NCBI GenBank assembly: GCA_963696385.1
Contig: CAVOKF010000008.1
Coordinates: 416,001 to 480,000 of the forward strand
From: an uncultured delta proteobacterium
GTDB lineage: Bacteria; Myxococcota_A; Polyangia; Polyangiales; Polyangiaceae
Direction of reading: 5' to 3'
DNA: 64,000 nucleotides
Both the position numbers and the translations under genes were made by a program. Shown here piece after piece: positions 39,257 through 48,666 of the stretch (position 1 is its first letter; every line of letters begins with the position of its first letter). The notes under the pieces are model-generated. The model did no database searches, was not told the origin of the DNA, and saw only the letters and a list, made by a program, of their open reading frames with translations.

Positions 39257-39598
39257 CTAACCCCGGACCGACAGGCGGTTGCCGGCGCCGAAATTCGGCC
39301 GCCCTGGAAAGCCCGGTGTAGAGGCCGCCAGCTGACCCCCACGCACCCGCAGGATGTCACGAAGAATGCTACGAGCATGCGCGAGTAGAACGCCGTTCTG
39401 TCGCAGTTTGCCGACCACAGTGCGCAGCCGAGGCGCCAGACGCGCGCGCTCCTCCGGTTCGAGTGTCGTCAACAGCCGAACGAGGTCGAGCTTCTGAGCG
39501 GCGGTCGCATCGACCGCCGCCCCATCGAGCCGACGGATGGCGTCGCGCTCGGTTTCGAGCACTTGATCCAGCTTTTCCAGTGCCCCTTGCCCGTTCAT
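39257..39598 (-). CDS. flgN: Export chaperone FlgN-like
   Basis: L..L..ERDAI...K; position between flgM and flgK. Confidence 0.65.
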   Translation of the reverse strand: MNGQGALEKLDQVLETERDAIRRLDGAAVDATAAQKLDLVRLLTTLEPEERARLAPRLRTVVGKLRQNGVLLAHARSILRDILRVRGGQLAASTPGFPGRPNFGAGNRLSVRG

Positions 39599-39602
39599 CG
39601 AC

Positions 39603-39896
39603 TTAGTCTCCGTTCACGATCCGTTGAGCAATTTTCGTGCTGTCGACGTCGAGGGTTCCCGAGCTCACGGCCTGTTGCAGCCGCGCCACTTTCGCCTCGT
39701 CCACGTCGCCACCGCCGGACGCCTGGGCGTCGGCGAGTTCGCGTGCCTTCGCGGACACGGTGACGGTCACGGCACTTTGCGCCTCGGCGCTCGTTGCGCC
39801 GGCCGCGCCGGCGCCGTTCGGTCCCACCTTGTTGCGTGCCGCAGCGTTCTGAGCCGCGTCGGCGCCGAGCGCCGCGTACCTATCGTTGATCCGCAT
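39603..39896 (-). CDS. flgM: Anti-sigma28 factor FlgM
   Basis: VTVS..AREL...VDEAKVARLQQAV..G...VDS.KIA. Confidence 0.85.
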   Translation of the reverse strand: MRINDRYAALGADAAQNAAARNKVGPNGAGAAGATSAEAQSAVTVTVSAKARELADAQASGGGDVDEAKVARLQQAVSSGTLDVDSTKIAQRIVNGD

Positions 39897-39941
39897 CGTT
39901 CTCTCCGCGGGGCGGGGGGTTGCTTTGGCCCGCTACCCTCG

Positions 39942-39968
39942 GGAACGGCGGCGCACACGGGAGCTTGA
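39942..39968 (-). promoter_or_regulatory. Sigma28 (FliA)-like promoter of flgM
   Basis: TCAAG-N14-GCCGTTCC on the minus strand upstream of flgM. Confidence 0.55.
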
Positions 39969-39971
39969 AGA

Positions 39972-40274
39972 CTATTTGGGCTTCGATGCCGCCGCGTGCG
40001 CACGGTTGAGCGCGTCCTCGATCTCGCGCGCGAGCCCCAGGCCACCCCCCTTGGTGATACCCGAAGCGAGGGCGTCGACCGCCATTCCGTCGTAGCCCTG
40101 CTGCTTGTCGTGACCGCCGCCGATCTTCGCCGCGGTCAGGATTTGACGGACGAACATCGCCTCGAACTCTTGCGCGGCCTTGTGAACCTTCGGGTCGACC
40201 GGCGTCGGACTGGGCTTCGTCGCGGCGTTGGCGGCCAGCGGGGCCTGGGGCGTGATGGGGGCGATCTTGTTCAT
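39972..40274 (-). CDS. flgJ: FlgJ, rod-capping domain only (no muramidase)
   Basis: KAAQEFEAMFVRQIL...GGGLGLA; 100 aa; ATG overlaps the flgI stop. Confidence 0.8.
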   Translation of the reverse strand: MNKIAPITPQAPLAANAATKPSPTPVDPKVHKAAQEFEAMFVRQILTAAKIGGGHDKQQGYDGMAVDALASGITKGGGLGLAREIEDALNRAHAAASKPK

Positions 40275-41404
40275 TGGATGACTACCTCCGCCTCTAACGC
40301 ACCTGCGCCGCGCAGGGCATCGAGCACACTGGCCAGTTCGCGCGGCGCCAGTCCGAGCGCTCCGAGCGCCGAAGCAACGTCTGCGAGCGTCGGCGCCGCC
40401 GGCACGTAGGTCACCGTCCTGCGTCCTTCGTTCGTCTCGATATCCGTATGGGGCACGACCACCGTCGTGCCCTTGCCGCCCGGACCGAACGGCTGCGACG
40501 CCTCCGGGGTCTCCTTGACGACGATCGTCAGGTTTCCGTGGACGACGGCGACCGGAGACAAGCGCACATCGCCCCCTGCCACGATCGTTCCGGTGCGCTC
40601 GTTGATGACGACGCGCGCGGGCCTGACCGGAGTGACCTCCAAATCCTCGAGCAACGCGACGAGATCGATGATCCTCGTCGTATATTCGCCCGGCACTTTG
40701 ACCGAGACCATCCCGCCGTCGAGCGGCGACGCGGTCCCCGCTCCGAGCTTCTTGTTGATCGCTTCGGCGATTCGGCTCGACACCGTGAAGCCGGGGGTCC
40801 GAAGCTCGAGCCTCAGTGCGCCGTCGGCCACCAGGGTGGTGGGCACCTCGCGCTCCACGATCGCGCCCTCGACGATACGGCCCGCAGTCGTCAACCCGGA
40901 GTTGATGGAGGTGCCGCTCGCGCCTCGTGCGCTGAACCCCCCCACGAGCATGCTGCCCTGCGCCACCGCGTACACGCGCTGATCCGGGCCCTTCAGGACC
41001 GTCTGAATCAGCACGCCGCCCGAGAGCGATCGCGCGTTGCCGATGGACGACGCCGTGACGTCGATCTTCGTCCCCGACTTTGCAAACGGCGGCAGCACCG
41101 CCGTCACGACGACGGCCGCCGCGTTCTTCAGCCGCATCTGCTGCAGTTGCGTCGGATCGATTTGCACCCCGAGGCGGCGGAGCAGCGACAAGATCGATTG
41201 GCCCGAGAACGGAACCGTGAAATCGTCCCCCGTCCCCGACAGCCCGCTCACGATCCCGTATCCAATGAGCTGATTGTCCCGCGCGCCGGCGACTTCGACC
41301 AACTCGCGGAGCTTGTCGGCGTGCGCCACGCGCGGGACCGCGCACCATGCGATGGCCGCGATCAGTGCAGTGAGGAAAATCTTGAACTTGCGCAATGGAA
41401 TCAT
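40271..41404 (-). CDS. flgI: P-ring protein FlgI
   Basis: RDNQLIGYGIVSGLSGTGD, VINERTGTIV, GALEAE. Confidence 0.95.
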   Translation of the reverse strand: MIPLRKFKIFLTALIAAIAWCAVPRVAHADKLRELVEVAGARDNQLIGYGIVSGLSGTGDDFTVPFSGQSILSLLRRLGVQIDPTQLQQMRLKNAAAVVVTAVLPPFAKSGTKIDVTASSIGNARSLSGGVLIQTVLKGPDQRVYAVAQGSMLVGGFSARGASGTSINSGLTTAGRIVEGAIVEREVPTTLVADGALRLELRTPGFTVSSRIAEAINKKLGAGTASPLDGGMVSVKVPGEYTTRIIDLVALLEDLEVTPVRPARVVINERTGTIVAGGDVRLSPVAVVHGNLTIVVKETPEASQPFGPGGKGTTVVVPHTDIETNEGRRTVTYVPAAPTLADVASALGALGLAPRELASVLDALRGAGALEAEVVIQ

Positions 41405-41407
41405 TCC

Positions 41408-42109
41408 TCAAAACGGGTTGATCGTATCGAGGATCCGAGCGAGCCACCCCTTGCGCTGTTGGTCCGCGATATCGCCCCGGCCCGTGAATTCGATTTGCGC
41501 GTCGGCGATCCGAGACGAGATCACCGAATTGTCCTGAGCGATGTCGGTCGGACGTACGAGACCGGATATGTAAAGATGGTATTCCTCGTTGTTGATGAGC
41601 AGCACCTTCGTGCCTTCGAGGAACATGTCGCCGTTCGGCATCTCACGCGCAACGCGTACCGCGATGTCGCCCGCCAGCTGACCGCTGCGCGCCGTGTCGC
41701 CTGCGCCGTTGTAGGTGGTCTGGCTCGCGTAACTGAAGAGCGTCGACGGATCCAACGCCGGATAGGCCTTTTTCAAGGCTGGGACGAGACCGAGAAGGCC
41801 GGTGAGACCGCTGCTGCCCACAGAGTTGTGGCTGAGATCGGTCGTCGCGGTGCCCGACGCATTCGGGGTTTCGTTGATGTGAATGAGCAGCATGTCGCCG
41901 ACGCGCACGGCGCGGGTGTCTTCGAGATATCCGGGCACCGCGTCGCTGAAGAGCGACCCCATGGCCGGGCGCGCGGAGGGCTGTCCCTGCGCATAGGTTC
42001 CGGGATTGTAGACACGCTGGCGCGGCGTGAACGCGGCGATATGCGGCGCGCCTGCGCAGGCCGGCAGGATCAACGCGATCAGGATGAGCGACAGGCGAGA
42101 GGCCATCAT
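41408..42109 (-). CDS. flgH: L-ring lipoprotein FlgH
   Basis: Lipobox LPAC, D.RA..VGD, GLVRPTDI..DN...S.RIADA.I, GWL. Confidence 0.93.
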   Translation of the reverse strand: MMASRLSLILIALILPACAGAPHIAAFTPRQRVYNPGTYAQGQPSARPAMGSLFSDAVPGYLEDTRAVRVGDMLLIHINETPNASGTATTDLSHNSVGSSGLTGLLGLVPALKKAYPALDPSTLFSYASQTTYNGAGDTARSGQLAGDIAVRVAREMPNGDMFLEGTKVLLINNEEYHLYISGLVRPTDIAQDNSVISSRIADAQIEFTGRGDIADQQRKGWLARILDTINPF

Positions 42110-42855
42110 GGCGAATCCAGCGCGACGGCGTGTTCGGGGTCCTCGAGACGGGCGCGCACGACGCGCCCCGACGGGTGCAAGACCACCGGCAGGATCCCGC
42201 CGATGTCGGCGTCCGCTCCGGCGGTGCCCGAAGACGTCACTTCGACGAGCCCTCGCCGGACGACCAGGGTGACCCGCGCACCGTGCACCAGATCGGGGAT
42301 GGCCGCCTCCTCGGAGAGCGTCAAATCGACGGGAACGCTGATCATCAAGAGCGCCTCGGACTGCTCGAAGAACACGAGGCTCACGGCGGACGAGACCGGG
42401 CCGATCCGTCGCGGAGGCCGGGGAAGGTCGACCGTCACCCGGGTGAAGCCGTCGGGAACGTCGATCGCGCGCCCGGGATGGACCGCGCTGAGCGTGACGC
42501 CCCGGGTGAGTTTGGAAGTCACCCCTTGGCGGACGAGCAGCTCGATGTCGGTCGGTTCGACCCTTTTGGTCTTGCGCAGGACGCGGACCGAGGCCGGCAC
42601 GTGCTCGGCATCGTCGATGTCGTGATCGTGGAGCACCCGAACAATCTCCTCGCGGTCGATGACGCGCGAACCGCCCATGGCCGGCGCCGGGCCGAGGTCG
42701 ATGCCCGCCGCCTCGGGCCCGAGTCCAAGGACGACGTCACCGACCGAGACACGGGAGCTGGCCACGCGAATCTCTTGCACTTTCGGGCCGGCCGCAAAGC
42801 ACGGCGTCGACACGAACGCGAGGAGCGCGGCAACGATCAGGGGGCGCATCATCAT
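42106..42855 (-). CDS. flgA: P-ring assembly chaperone FlgA
   Basis: Signal peptide; C-terminal V..G..V...G....G.......SGRVV; position between flgG and flgH. Confidence 0.7.
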   Translation of the reverse strand: MMMRPLIVAALLAFVSTPCFAAGPKVQEIRVASSRVSVGDVVLGLGPEAAGIDLGPAPAMGGSRVIDREEIVRVLHDHDIDDAEHVPASVRVLRKTKRVEPTDIELLVRQGVTSKLTRGVTLSAVHPGRAIDVPDGFTRVTVDLPRPPRRIGPVSSAVSLVFFEQSEALLMISVPVDLTLSEEAAIPDLVHGARVTLVVRRGLVEVTSSGTAGADADIGGILPVVLHPSGRVVRARLEDPEHAVALDSP

Positions 42856-43634
42856 CTCATCTGCGTAGCGTTTTGCAGCATCTGATCCGCCGCGGACACG
42901 ACCTTCGAATTGATCTCGTACGAGTTCTGGGCGGCAATGAGCGCCACCATCTCGGTCACGACGTCGACGTTGGAGCTCTCGACCGAACCCTGCAGGATCG
43001 TGCCGCTTCCGTTGAGTCCGGGAGTCCCGGTTTGCGGATTGCCGCTCGAGTCGGTCGCCAGATACAAATTCTGACCTACCGCGGACAAACCGTTGGGGTT
43101 GGGAAACGTCGTAATCTGCAATTGGCCGAGCGTGACCTGAGCGGTCTGCCCCTGCTCGGTGGCGGTCACCGTGCCGTCGGTGCCAATCGTCACGGCGGTC
43201 GCCGTGGTCGGCACCGTAATCGGAGGGTCGATGGGCAGGCCGTCGCTCGTCGTCATGCGACCTTGCGCGTCGAGCTTGAGCGACCCGGCTCGCGTGTAGC
43301 CGACCGTGCCGTTCAGCTGCGTCACGGCGAGAAAGCCGTTGCCCTGGATGGCCAAGTCGAGCGGGTTGCCGGTCTGCTGCAGGGCGCCCTGCGAGAACGA
43401 ACGAGCGGTCGCCGCGACGCGCGCTCCGGTCCCGACCTGCGTCGACGTAGGCATCACGTTGCCGCCGTCGGCCAGCCCGGCCGAACGGACGTTCTGGTAG
43501 AGCAGGTCTTCGAACTCGGCGTTTTGGAGCTTGTATCCCACGGTGTTGGCGTTCGCGAGATTGTTCGCGATCGTGTCGAGCTGCGTTTCTTGGGCGGCCA
43601 TGCCCGTGGCCGCGATGTTGAGGGACTGGAACAT
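42852..43634 (-). CDS. flgG: Distal rod protein FlgG
   Basis: AATGM.AQ...DTIANNLANANTVGYK, FEDLLYQ, ESSNVDVVTEMV.LI.AQ..YEINSK. Confidence 0.93.
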   Translation of the reverse strand: MFQSLNIAATGMAAQETQLDTIANNLANANTVGYKLQNAEFEDLLYQNVRSAGLADGGNVMPTSTQVGTGARVAATARSFSQGALQQTGNPLDLAIQGNGFLAVTQLNGTVGYTRAGSLKLDAQGRMTTSDGLPIDPPITVPTTATAVTIGTDGTVTATEQGQTAQVTLGQLQITTFPNPNGLSAVGQNLYLATDSSGNPQTGTPGLNGSGTILQGSVESSNVDVVTEMVALIAAQNSYEINSKVVSAADQMLQNATQMR

Positions 43635-43647
43635 ACGAGGGGAGGGT

Positions 43648-43663
43648 TGCCAGTTTGATGCCA
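43648..43663 (-). promoter_or_regulatory. Sigma54 -24/-12 promoter of the flgG operon
   Basis: TGGCATCAAACTGGCA (GG-N10-GC). Confidence 0.6.
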
Positions 43664-43800
43664 GGGGGCCATCCGCCCTCGCCGCGGGCCTAACGGGTCT
43701 CGATTTCGGTGCGGCCACCGTCCATCCTTTGGCGGTACCGTCACCCGGTTGGCGGTCGCTCCGGTCGCGGGCCGTTTTGGGACGGATCGCGCGACCCGGC

Positions 43801-44529
43801 CTACGGATGCTCGTCGACCGGCACGCTCACCGCGACCACCAGGTCGACTCGGCGATTTTGCTTGCGTCCGTCCTCCGCCGCATTCGATGCCACGGGCCGG
43901 AACTCCCCGTAGCCCGCTGCCGACAGTCGTTCCGCAGGCACGCCTTCGCTCGCGAGCTTGCGGAGCACGACCATCGCACGCGCCGTGGACAGCTCCCAGT
44001 TGGAGCGAAACCGCGAATTGGAAATCGGGCGGTTGTCCGTGTGGCCTTCGACTCGAACGTCCACGATGCGCTTGCCGAGCTCCGGGCCGAGCGAGTGCAG
44101 GGTGAGCGCCGCTATGGGCTTCAGCCGGTCGTCACCGCTTTCGAAAAATACGCCGTCGGCAAGACGCAGCACGAGCTCGTTTCTGCGACGCAATAGCTGC
44201 AGCCCTTGCGCGTCGCCCTTGTCGGCGAGCTCCTGGAGCGCCGCTCGCACCTTTTCGAGCTCCGGCGGCAGTCCGTCCTCGATCTTGGGCACCTCCTGGA
44301 TGATGTCCTGAGCCGGCAAGATTCCCTTGCCGCGATCGGGAAACATCTCGTTGCCCAGGGCCTTCGAAAACGCCTCGGTGAAGCGTCCCACCTTCTTCGA
44401 GTCGACCTGCGAGACGGCGAACATGACGACGAAGAACGCGAAGAGCAGCGTGATGAAGTCCGCGTAGCTCACGAGCCATCGCTCGTGATTGACGTGCCCT
44501 TCGGCGCGTTTTTTTCGGCGGACGCTCAT
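43801..44529 (-). CDS. motB: Stator protein MotB
   Basis: ERWLVSYADFITLLFAFFVVMF; OmpA-like domain EGHTD, NWELS.ARA, NRRVD. Confidence 0.95.
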   Translation of the reverse strand: MSVRRKKRAEGHVNHERWLVSYADFITLLFAFFVVMFAVSQVDSKKVGRFTEAFSKALGNEMFPDRGKGILPAQDIIQEVPKIEDGLPPELEKVRAALQELADKGDAQGLQLLRRRNELVLRLADGVFFESGDDRLKPIAALTLHSLGPELGKRIVDVRVEGHTDNRPISNSRFRSNWELSTARAMVVLRKLASEGVPAERLSAAGYGEFRPVASNAAEDGRKQNRRVDLVVAVSVPVDEHP

Positions 44530-44535
44530 CGCGGC

Positions 44536-45333
44536 TCAGGCGGTCGCCCGTGCGGCTTCGCCCGCGACCGCTGGCTTCTTCGACGACTCGCTCTTGTGGA
44601 CGAACTCGGCGAGACGCTCGCGGACCAGCTTGGGGTTCATTCCCTCTTGAATCGCCAGGACGCCGACGAGCGTCAGCTCCCGCAGCGTGACTTCTTCGCG
44701 CAGGCCGAGTTTGATCCGGCCGCCCAACGGCAAGAAGATGAGATTGGCTACGGCGACGCCGTAGATGGTCGCGACGAATGCGCCGGCGATGCCCTCGCCT
44801 ACCGCGGCGATGTCGCTCAGGTTGCTCATGACGTGGATCAGACCGAGCACCGCACCGATGATCCCAATCGTGGGCGAATAGCCGCCGGCGGCTTCGAACG
44901 CTTTGACTCCGTCCTCTCCGTGCTCCTCGAACTGTCCGATCGTGATCTCCATCGTCTCTCGTAGCGTCGTGGAGTCCGCGCCGTCGACGGCCATCATGAG
45001 AGCCTTGGCGAGAAACGGATTGGATGCGCTGGACGCGACCTTTTCGAGCGCCAGGATCCCGTCGCGCCGAGCGCGGTTCGCGTAGTCGACGATCTCGTCG
45101 ATGAGCTTCGTGCCGTCCTGCGAGGGCTTCTTGAAGGTCGCGCCCGCGGCCCGCAGGGCCGACCAGAGCGTCGACAGCGGATACTGGACCATGACGGCAC
45201 CGACCGTGCCCCCCACGACGATGAGCGCGGCGGGTCCTCCGACCATGGCGCCGAGATGCCCGCCTTCGAGCACGTTGCCCGCCAGGATGGCAAAGAGTGC
45301 GACGACGATTCCAATCAGCGGTCCAGGTTGCAT
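44536..45333 (-). CDS. motA: Stator protein MotA
   Basis: ARRDGILALE, GGYSPTIGIIGAVLGLI, AFVATIYG, IQEG.NP. Confidence 0.95.
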   Translation of the reverse strand: MQPGPLIGIVVALFAILAGNVLEGGHLGAMVGGPAALIVVGGTVGAVMVQYPLSTLWSALRAAGATFKKPSQDGTKLIDEIVDYANRARRDGILALEKVASSASNPFLAKALMMAVDGADSTTLRETMEITIGQFEEHGEDGVKAFEAAGGYSPTIGIIGAVLGLIHVMSNLSDIAAVGEGIAGAFVATIYGVAVANLIFLPLGGRIKLGLREEVTLRELTLVGVLAIQEGMNPKLVRERLAEFVHKSESSKKPAVAGEAARATA

Positions 45334-45645
45334 TTATCGGCCTCCACGGCGCGAGAGCGGCGGAAGAGAACCGCGAGAAGGAATCTCCGAAATCGGCCGC
45401 GGGGGCACGCTCAGCCGAGGCGGATCCCCGATGCGGGCGTTGAACGGCTCGAGGCTGGTCTCTCCGATGCGAATGCTCCGCCGGAAGTCGATCACCAGCG
45501 CGATGAGCTCGTCGAGCGTCTCCCGGACGATGATCTTTTCTCCCCCGATCAAGAAGAGCGTGGTGTCGGGGTTCGTGTCCGCCCACCCGATGTGGTCCGG
45601 GTTGATGGCGACGACGTGGTTGTTCAACCTCGTGAGCTTCAGCAT
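45334..45645 (-). CDS. flbD: FlbD/YlzI(SwrD)-family flagellar protein
   Basis: MLKLTRLN...INPD.I....PDT.L.L..G.K..VRE; directly upstream of motA. Confidence 0.85.
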   Translation of the reverse strand: MLKLTRLNNHVVAINPDHIGWADTNPDTTLFLIGGEKIIVRETLDELIALVIDFRRSIRIGETSLEPFNARIGDPPRLSVPPRPISEIPSRGSLPPLSRRGGR

Positions 45646-45674
45646 GACGCGAGAGTGCCTCCATGGCCGCTCTC

Positions 45675-45690
45675 AGCAACGGGCGAGCCA
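45675..45690 (-). promoter_or_regulatory. Sigma54 promoter of flbD-motA-motB
   Basis: TGGCTCG-CCCG-TTGCT, near-consensus. Confidence 0.7.
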
Positions 45691-45706
45691 TCGTCGGACC
45701 GAACGG

Positions 45707-45722
45707 CGGCACGCGACGTGAA
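45707..45722 (+). promoter_or_regulatory. Possible sigma54 promoter of the flgB operon
   Basis: CGGCACG-CGAC-GTGAA (good -24, variant -12). Confidence 0.4.
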
Positions 45723-45739
45723 AGGGTCCAGCCCATCGC

Positions 45740-46141
45740 ATGGGCCTTCTCGACTCCGTGGTACGACTTCAGGCGGGGCTGGACTACCACCTCGCCCGCG
45801 CCAATCTGCTCACCGCCAACCTCACTCAGGTCGACACGCCCAACTACCGGCCGGTCGATCTCGCGAGAACGGGCGACTTTCAGTCGACGCTTCACGTCGC
45901 GATGGAAAGCACCAATCCGGCCCACTTCGGTGCGCAAAGCGGGGACTCCGCTTCGAAGGAGTCGTTCCAGGTGATGGCCGATCCCGGAGCGTCGCGCGGA
46001 CTCGACGGCAACGGCGTCAACGTCGACCGGGAAGCGGCGAAGGTCGCTTCCAACAACGTCCGCTACGAAGCGCTCGCATCGCTGGTGGCCGGAGAGCTCT
46101 CCGGTCTCGAGTGGGCTGCCACAGACGGGAGGGGAGCATGA
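45740..46141 (+). CDS. flgB: Proximal rod protein FlgB
   Basis: LDY...R..LL.AN....DTPNYRP.D, DGNGVNVDRE. Confidence 0.9.
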   Translation: MGLLDSVVRLQAGLDYHLARANLLTANLTQVDTPNYRPVDLARTGDFQSTLHVAMESTNPAHFGAQSGDSASKESFQVMADPGASRGLDGNGVNVDREAAKVASNNVRYEALASLVAGELSGLEWAATDGRGA

Positions 46142-46584
46142 GCCACGAATTCACGGTTCCAGGCGTATTCAGCGCGATGGAGGTCGCCGCATCCGGACTC
46201 AGCGCGGAGCGCAGCCGCATGAACGTCATCGCGAGCAATCTCGCGAACGCGCACACGACCAAGGGCCCCGACGGCAACCCCTACCAGCGTCAGGATCCGG
46301 TATTTTCCTCGCAGCCGGTGTCGCCGGGATCCTTCGACCCGGTGCTCCGCAGCGTGCAAGAGGTCCGGCTCGCCGGTGTACGCACCGATACGACGCCGGG
46401 GCAACTCGTGTACGACCCGGGCCATCCCGACGCCAACGCGCAGGGCTACGTGACGTACCCGAACGTCAACGTCGTGACGGAGATGGTCAACCTCATGACG
46501 GCGTCGCGCGCGTACGAAGCCGGCGTGACCTCGATCGAGAGTCTCAAGACGATGGCCAAGACGGCCATCAAGATCGGTCAGTAG
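46138..46584 (+). CDS. flgC: Proximal rod protein FlgC
   Basis: ASGLSAER.RMNVIASNLAN, YDPGHPDA...GYV.YPNVN.V.EM. Confidence 0.95.
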   Translation: MSHEFTVPGVFSAMEVAASGLSAERSRMNVIASNLANAHTTKGPDGNPYQRQDPVFSSQPVSPGSFDPVLRSVQEVRLAGVRTDTTPGQLVYDPGHPDANAQGYVTYPNVNVVTEMVNLMTASRAYEAGVTSIESLKTMAKTAIKIGQ

Positions 46585-46586
46585 CC

Positions 46587-46901
46587 GTGCGCGTCGGCGG
46601 GATCGACGAAACGGCCACGCTGCTTTCCACGGCGGATCCGATCGAGCGTGCGGAGTCCGCGCCGAGCGGCGCGGTGGGGGGCATGTCGTTCGGGGACATT
46701 CTCGGATCGGCCATCGGGCAGGCCAACCAAGCCGATCACGTCGCCGCAACGAAGATGGACGCGCTCGCCAACGGGCTGAGCGACGATCTTCACGGGACGA
46801 TGATCGCCGTCAAGGAGGCGGACATCTCCATCAAGCTCGTCGGCACCATCCGCAACAAGCTCCTCGACGCATTCCAAGAGATCTGGAAGACCAGTGTCTA
46901 A
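46587..46901 (+). CDS. fliE: FliE
   Basis: LH.TMIA...A.IS......IRNKLLDAFQEI. Confidence 0.88.
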   Translation: MRVGGIDETATLLSTADPIERAESAPSGAVGGMSFGDILGSAIGQANQADHVAATKMDALANGLSDDLHGTMIAVKEADISIKLVGTIRNKLLDAFQEIWKTSV

Positions 46902-48615
46902 CGCCAATCCACCCAAGAAAGCCGCCCCACCCACGCCGATCGGTGTCGCCCTCGGCGCCGTTCGCGGCTGGTTCGAGCGTCTCTCGAAGCCGGCGCGGGT
47001 ACTGCTCTTCTCGACGACCGCCACCGCCATCCTGCTCGGGTCCTTCTTTGCCTACAAGGAGACCCACGAGCCCTACGCGGTGCTGTTCGCGCAGCTCGAG
47101 CCGGACGACGCGGCGGGCATCGTCACGAAGCTCAAGGAGATGAAGCTGGCCTACCGCCTCGAAGGCGGTGGGTCGACGATCGAAGTGCCCGAGTCGAAGG
47201 TGTCGGACGCCCGCCTGGAGCTCGCCAGCGCGGGAATGCCGCGCGGCGGGGGTGTCGGTTTCGAAAGCTTCGACAAGATGCGTCTCGGCGCGACCGAGTT
47301 CGAACAGCGGGTGCTCTACCGCCGCGCGCTCGAAGGCGAACTTTCGCGCACCATCGGGACGCTCAGCTCGGTGCAATCGGCGCGCGTGCACCTGGTCTTG
47401 CCGGAAAAATCCGTTTTCGTGACGCGAGCCGAACCGGCCACCGCGTCGATCGTGCTGCGCTTGCGGTCGGGACGCGTGCTGGGCGCGTCGGAGATCGCAG
47501 GCATCGTCCATCTGACGGCGGCTTCGGTGCCGGGACTGACGGCCGAGCGAATCGCACTCGTCACGACCGAAGGTCAGATGTTGAAGAAGCCGCGCACCGG
47601 GGCTTCGGAAGGATCCCCGTCGGAGTCCGAAGGCGACGAAGGATCTCAGCAGCGCACCATCGAAACGCAGCTCGAGGACCGCGTGCGATCCATGCTGGAG
47701 AGGGTCGTCGGCCCCGGACACGTCGATGTGCGCGTCGCGGCGGAGACGGAACCGGCGCGCATCGAGCACACCGAAGACCACTACGACCCGGCCCGGACGA
47801 CCCTCCGGAGCGAAGAGATCTCGACGGAACGTCAAGGCGGCGGGATGGAGGACACCGTCGCTGGGGTTCCGGGCGCCGAGAGCAACCTGCCGATCGGAGG
47901 TGCATTGCCCGCGGCCGTGGCGTCGGCCGTGGCGTCGGCCGTGGCCACGACCAAAGGCGACGCCGGTGCCCCGATCGCCGCCCCTGCGGCGGCGAGTGGC
48001 ATGGCCAGTCAGCCTTTCCGTGAATCGCGCACACGAAACTACGAAGTGGACCACGTGAGCGAGAAACGCTTCGTGAGTGCCGGCTCGCTCAAGCGCATCG
48101 CCGTGGCCGTGGTGCTCGACGGCGTGCCACGAACGGAAGGCGGCAAGACGTTTCTTGCGCCACGCGAACACGCCGAGATCGAAAAGCTCGCCGCCCTCGT
48201 TCGCAGCGCGGTCGGCGCAAACGACGCGCGCGGCGACGTCGTGACGGTCGACTCGGCGCTCTTCGAGCCCACCCACGACGCGGCCGATGCCGAGCCCCTG
48301 CCTCTTGCCACATCGGCCTTGCGGACGTGGCGATCGTACCTGCCGGCGGCGATTGCCGCGGCCCTTCTCGTCGTGGTCGCGGGCGGAGCCACCGTGTGGG
48401 GTCGGCGCCGCGCACCGTCGATACCGGCCGAGGTCGTCCCGGCGCTCGCGTCGGCCACATCGCCCCTGCAGCTCGAGCCCAAGAAGGACAACCGCGATCT
48501 TCGTGAGGCCGCCACCCAACGAGCCGCCGAGGACCCCGCTACCGCGGCGCTCGTGCTGCGCGCGTGGCTCGGTACGAACGAGGGCGAAGCCAAGCCGATG
48601 GCGTCGCGAAACTGA
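46894..48615 (+). CDS. fliF: MS-ring protein FliF
   Basis: GFESFD...GATEF.Q...Y.RALEGEL.RTI, ARVHLVLP, GVPGAESN, TRNYEVD. Confidence 0.93.
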   Translation: MSNANPPKKAAPPTPIGVALGAVRGWFERLSKPARVLLFSTTATAILLGSFFAYKETHEPYAVLFAQLEPDDAAGIVTKLKEMKLAYRLEGGGSTIEVPESKVSDARLELASAGMPRGGGVGFESFDKMRLGATEFEQRVLYRRALEGELSRTIGTLSSVQSARVHLVLPEKSVFVTRAEPATASIVLRLRSGRVLGASEIAGIVHLTAASVPGLTAERIALVTTEGQMLKKPRTGASEGSPSESEGDEGSQQRTIETQLEDRVRSMLERVVGPGHVDVRVAAETEPARIEHTEDHYDPARTTLRSEEISTERQGGGMEDTVAGVPGAESNLPIGGALPAAVASAVASAVATTKGDAGAPIAAPAAASGMASQPFRESRTRNYEVDHVSEKRFVSAGSLKRIAVAVVLDGVPRTEGGKTFLAPREHAEIEKLAALVRSAVGANDARGDVVTVDSALFEPTHDAADAEPLPLATSALRTWRSYLPAAIAAALLVVVAGGATVWGRRRAPSIPAEVVPALASATSPLQLEPKKDNRDLREAATQRAAEDPATAALVLRAWLGTNEGEAKPMASRN

Positions 48616-48666
48616 CCGTCCGAGGTCGTCGCCCATCACGGCATCCGAGTTGCTCTTACTCCACGC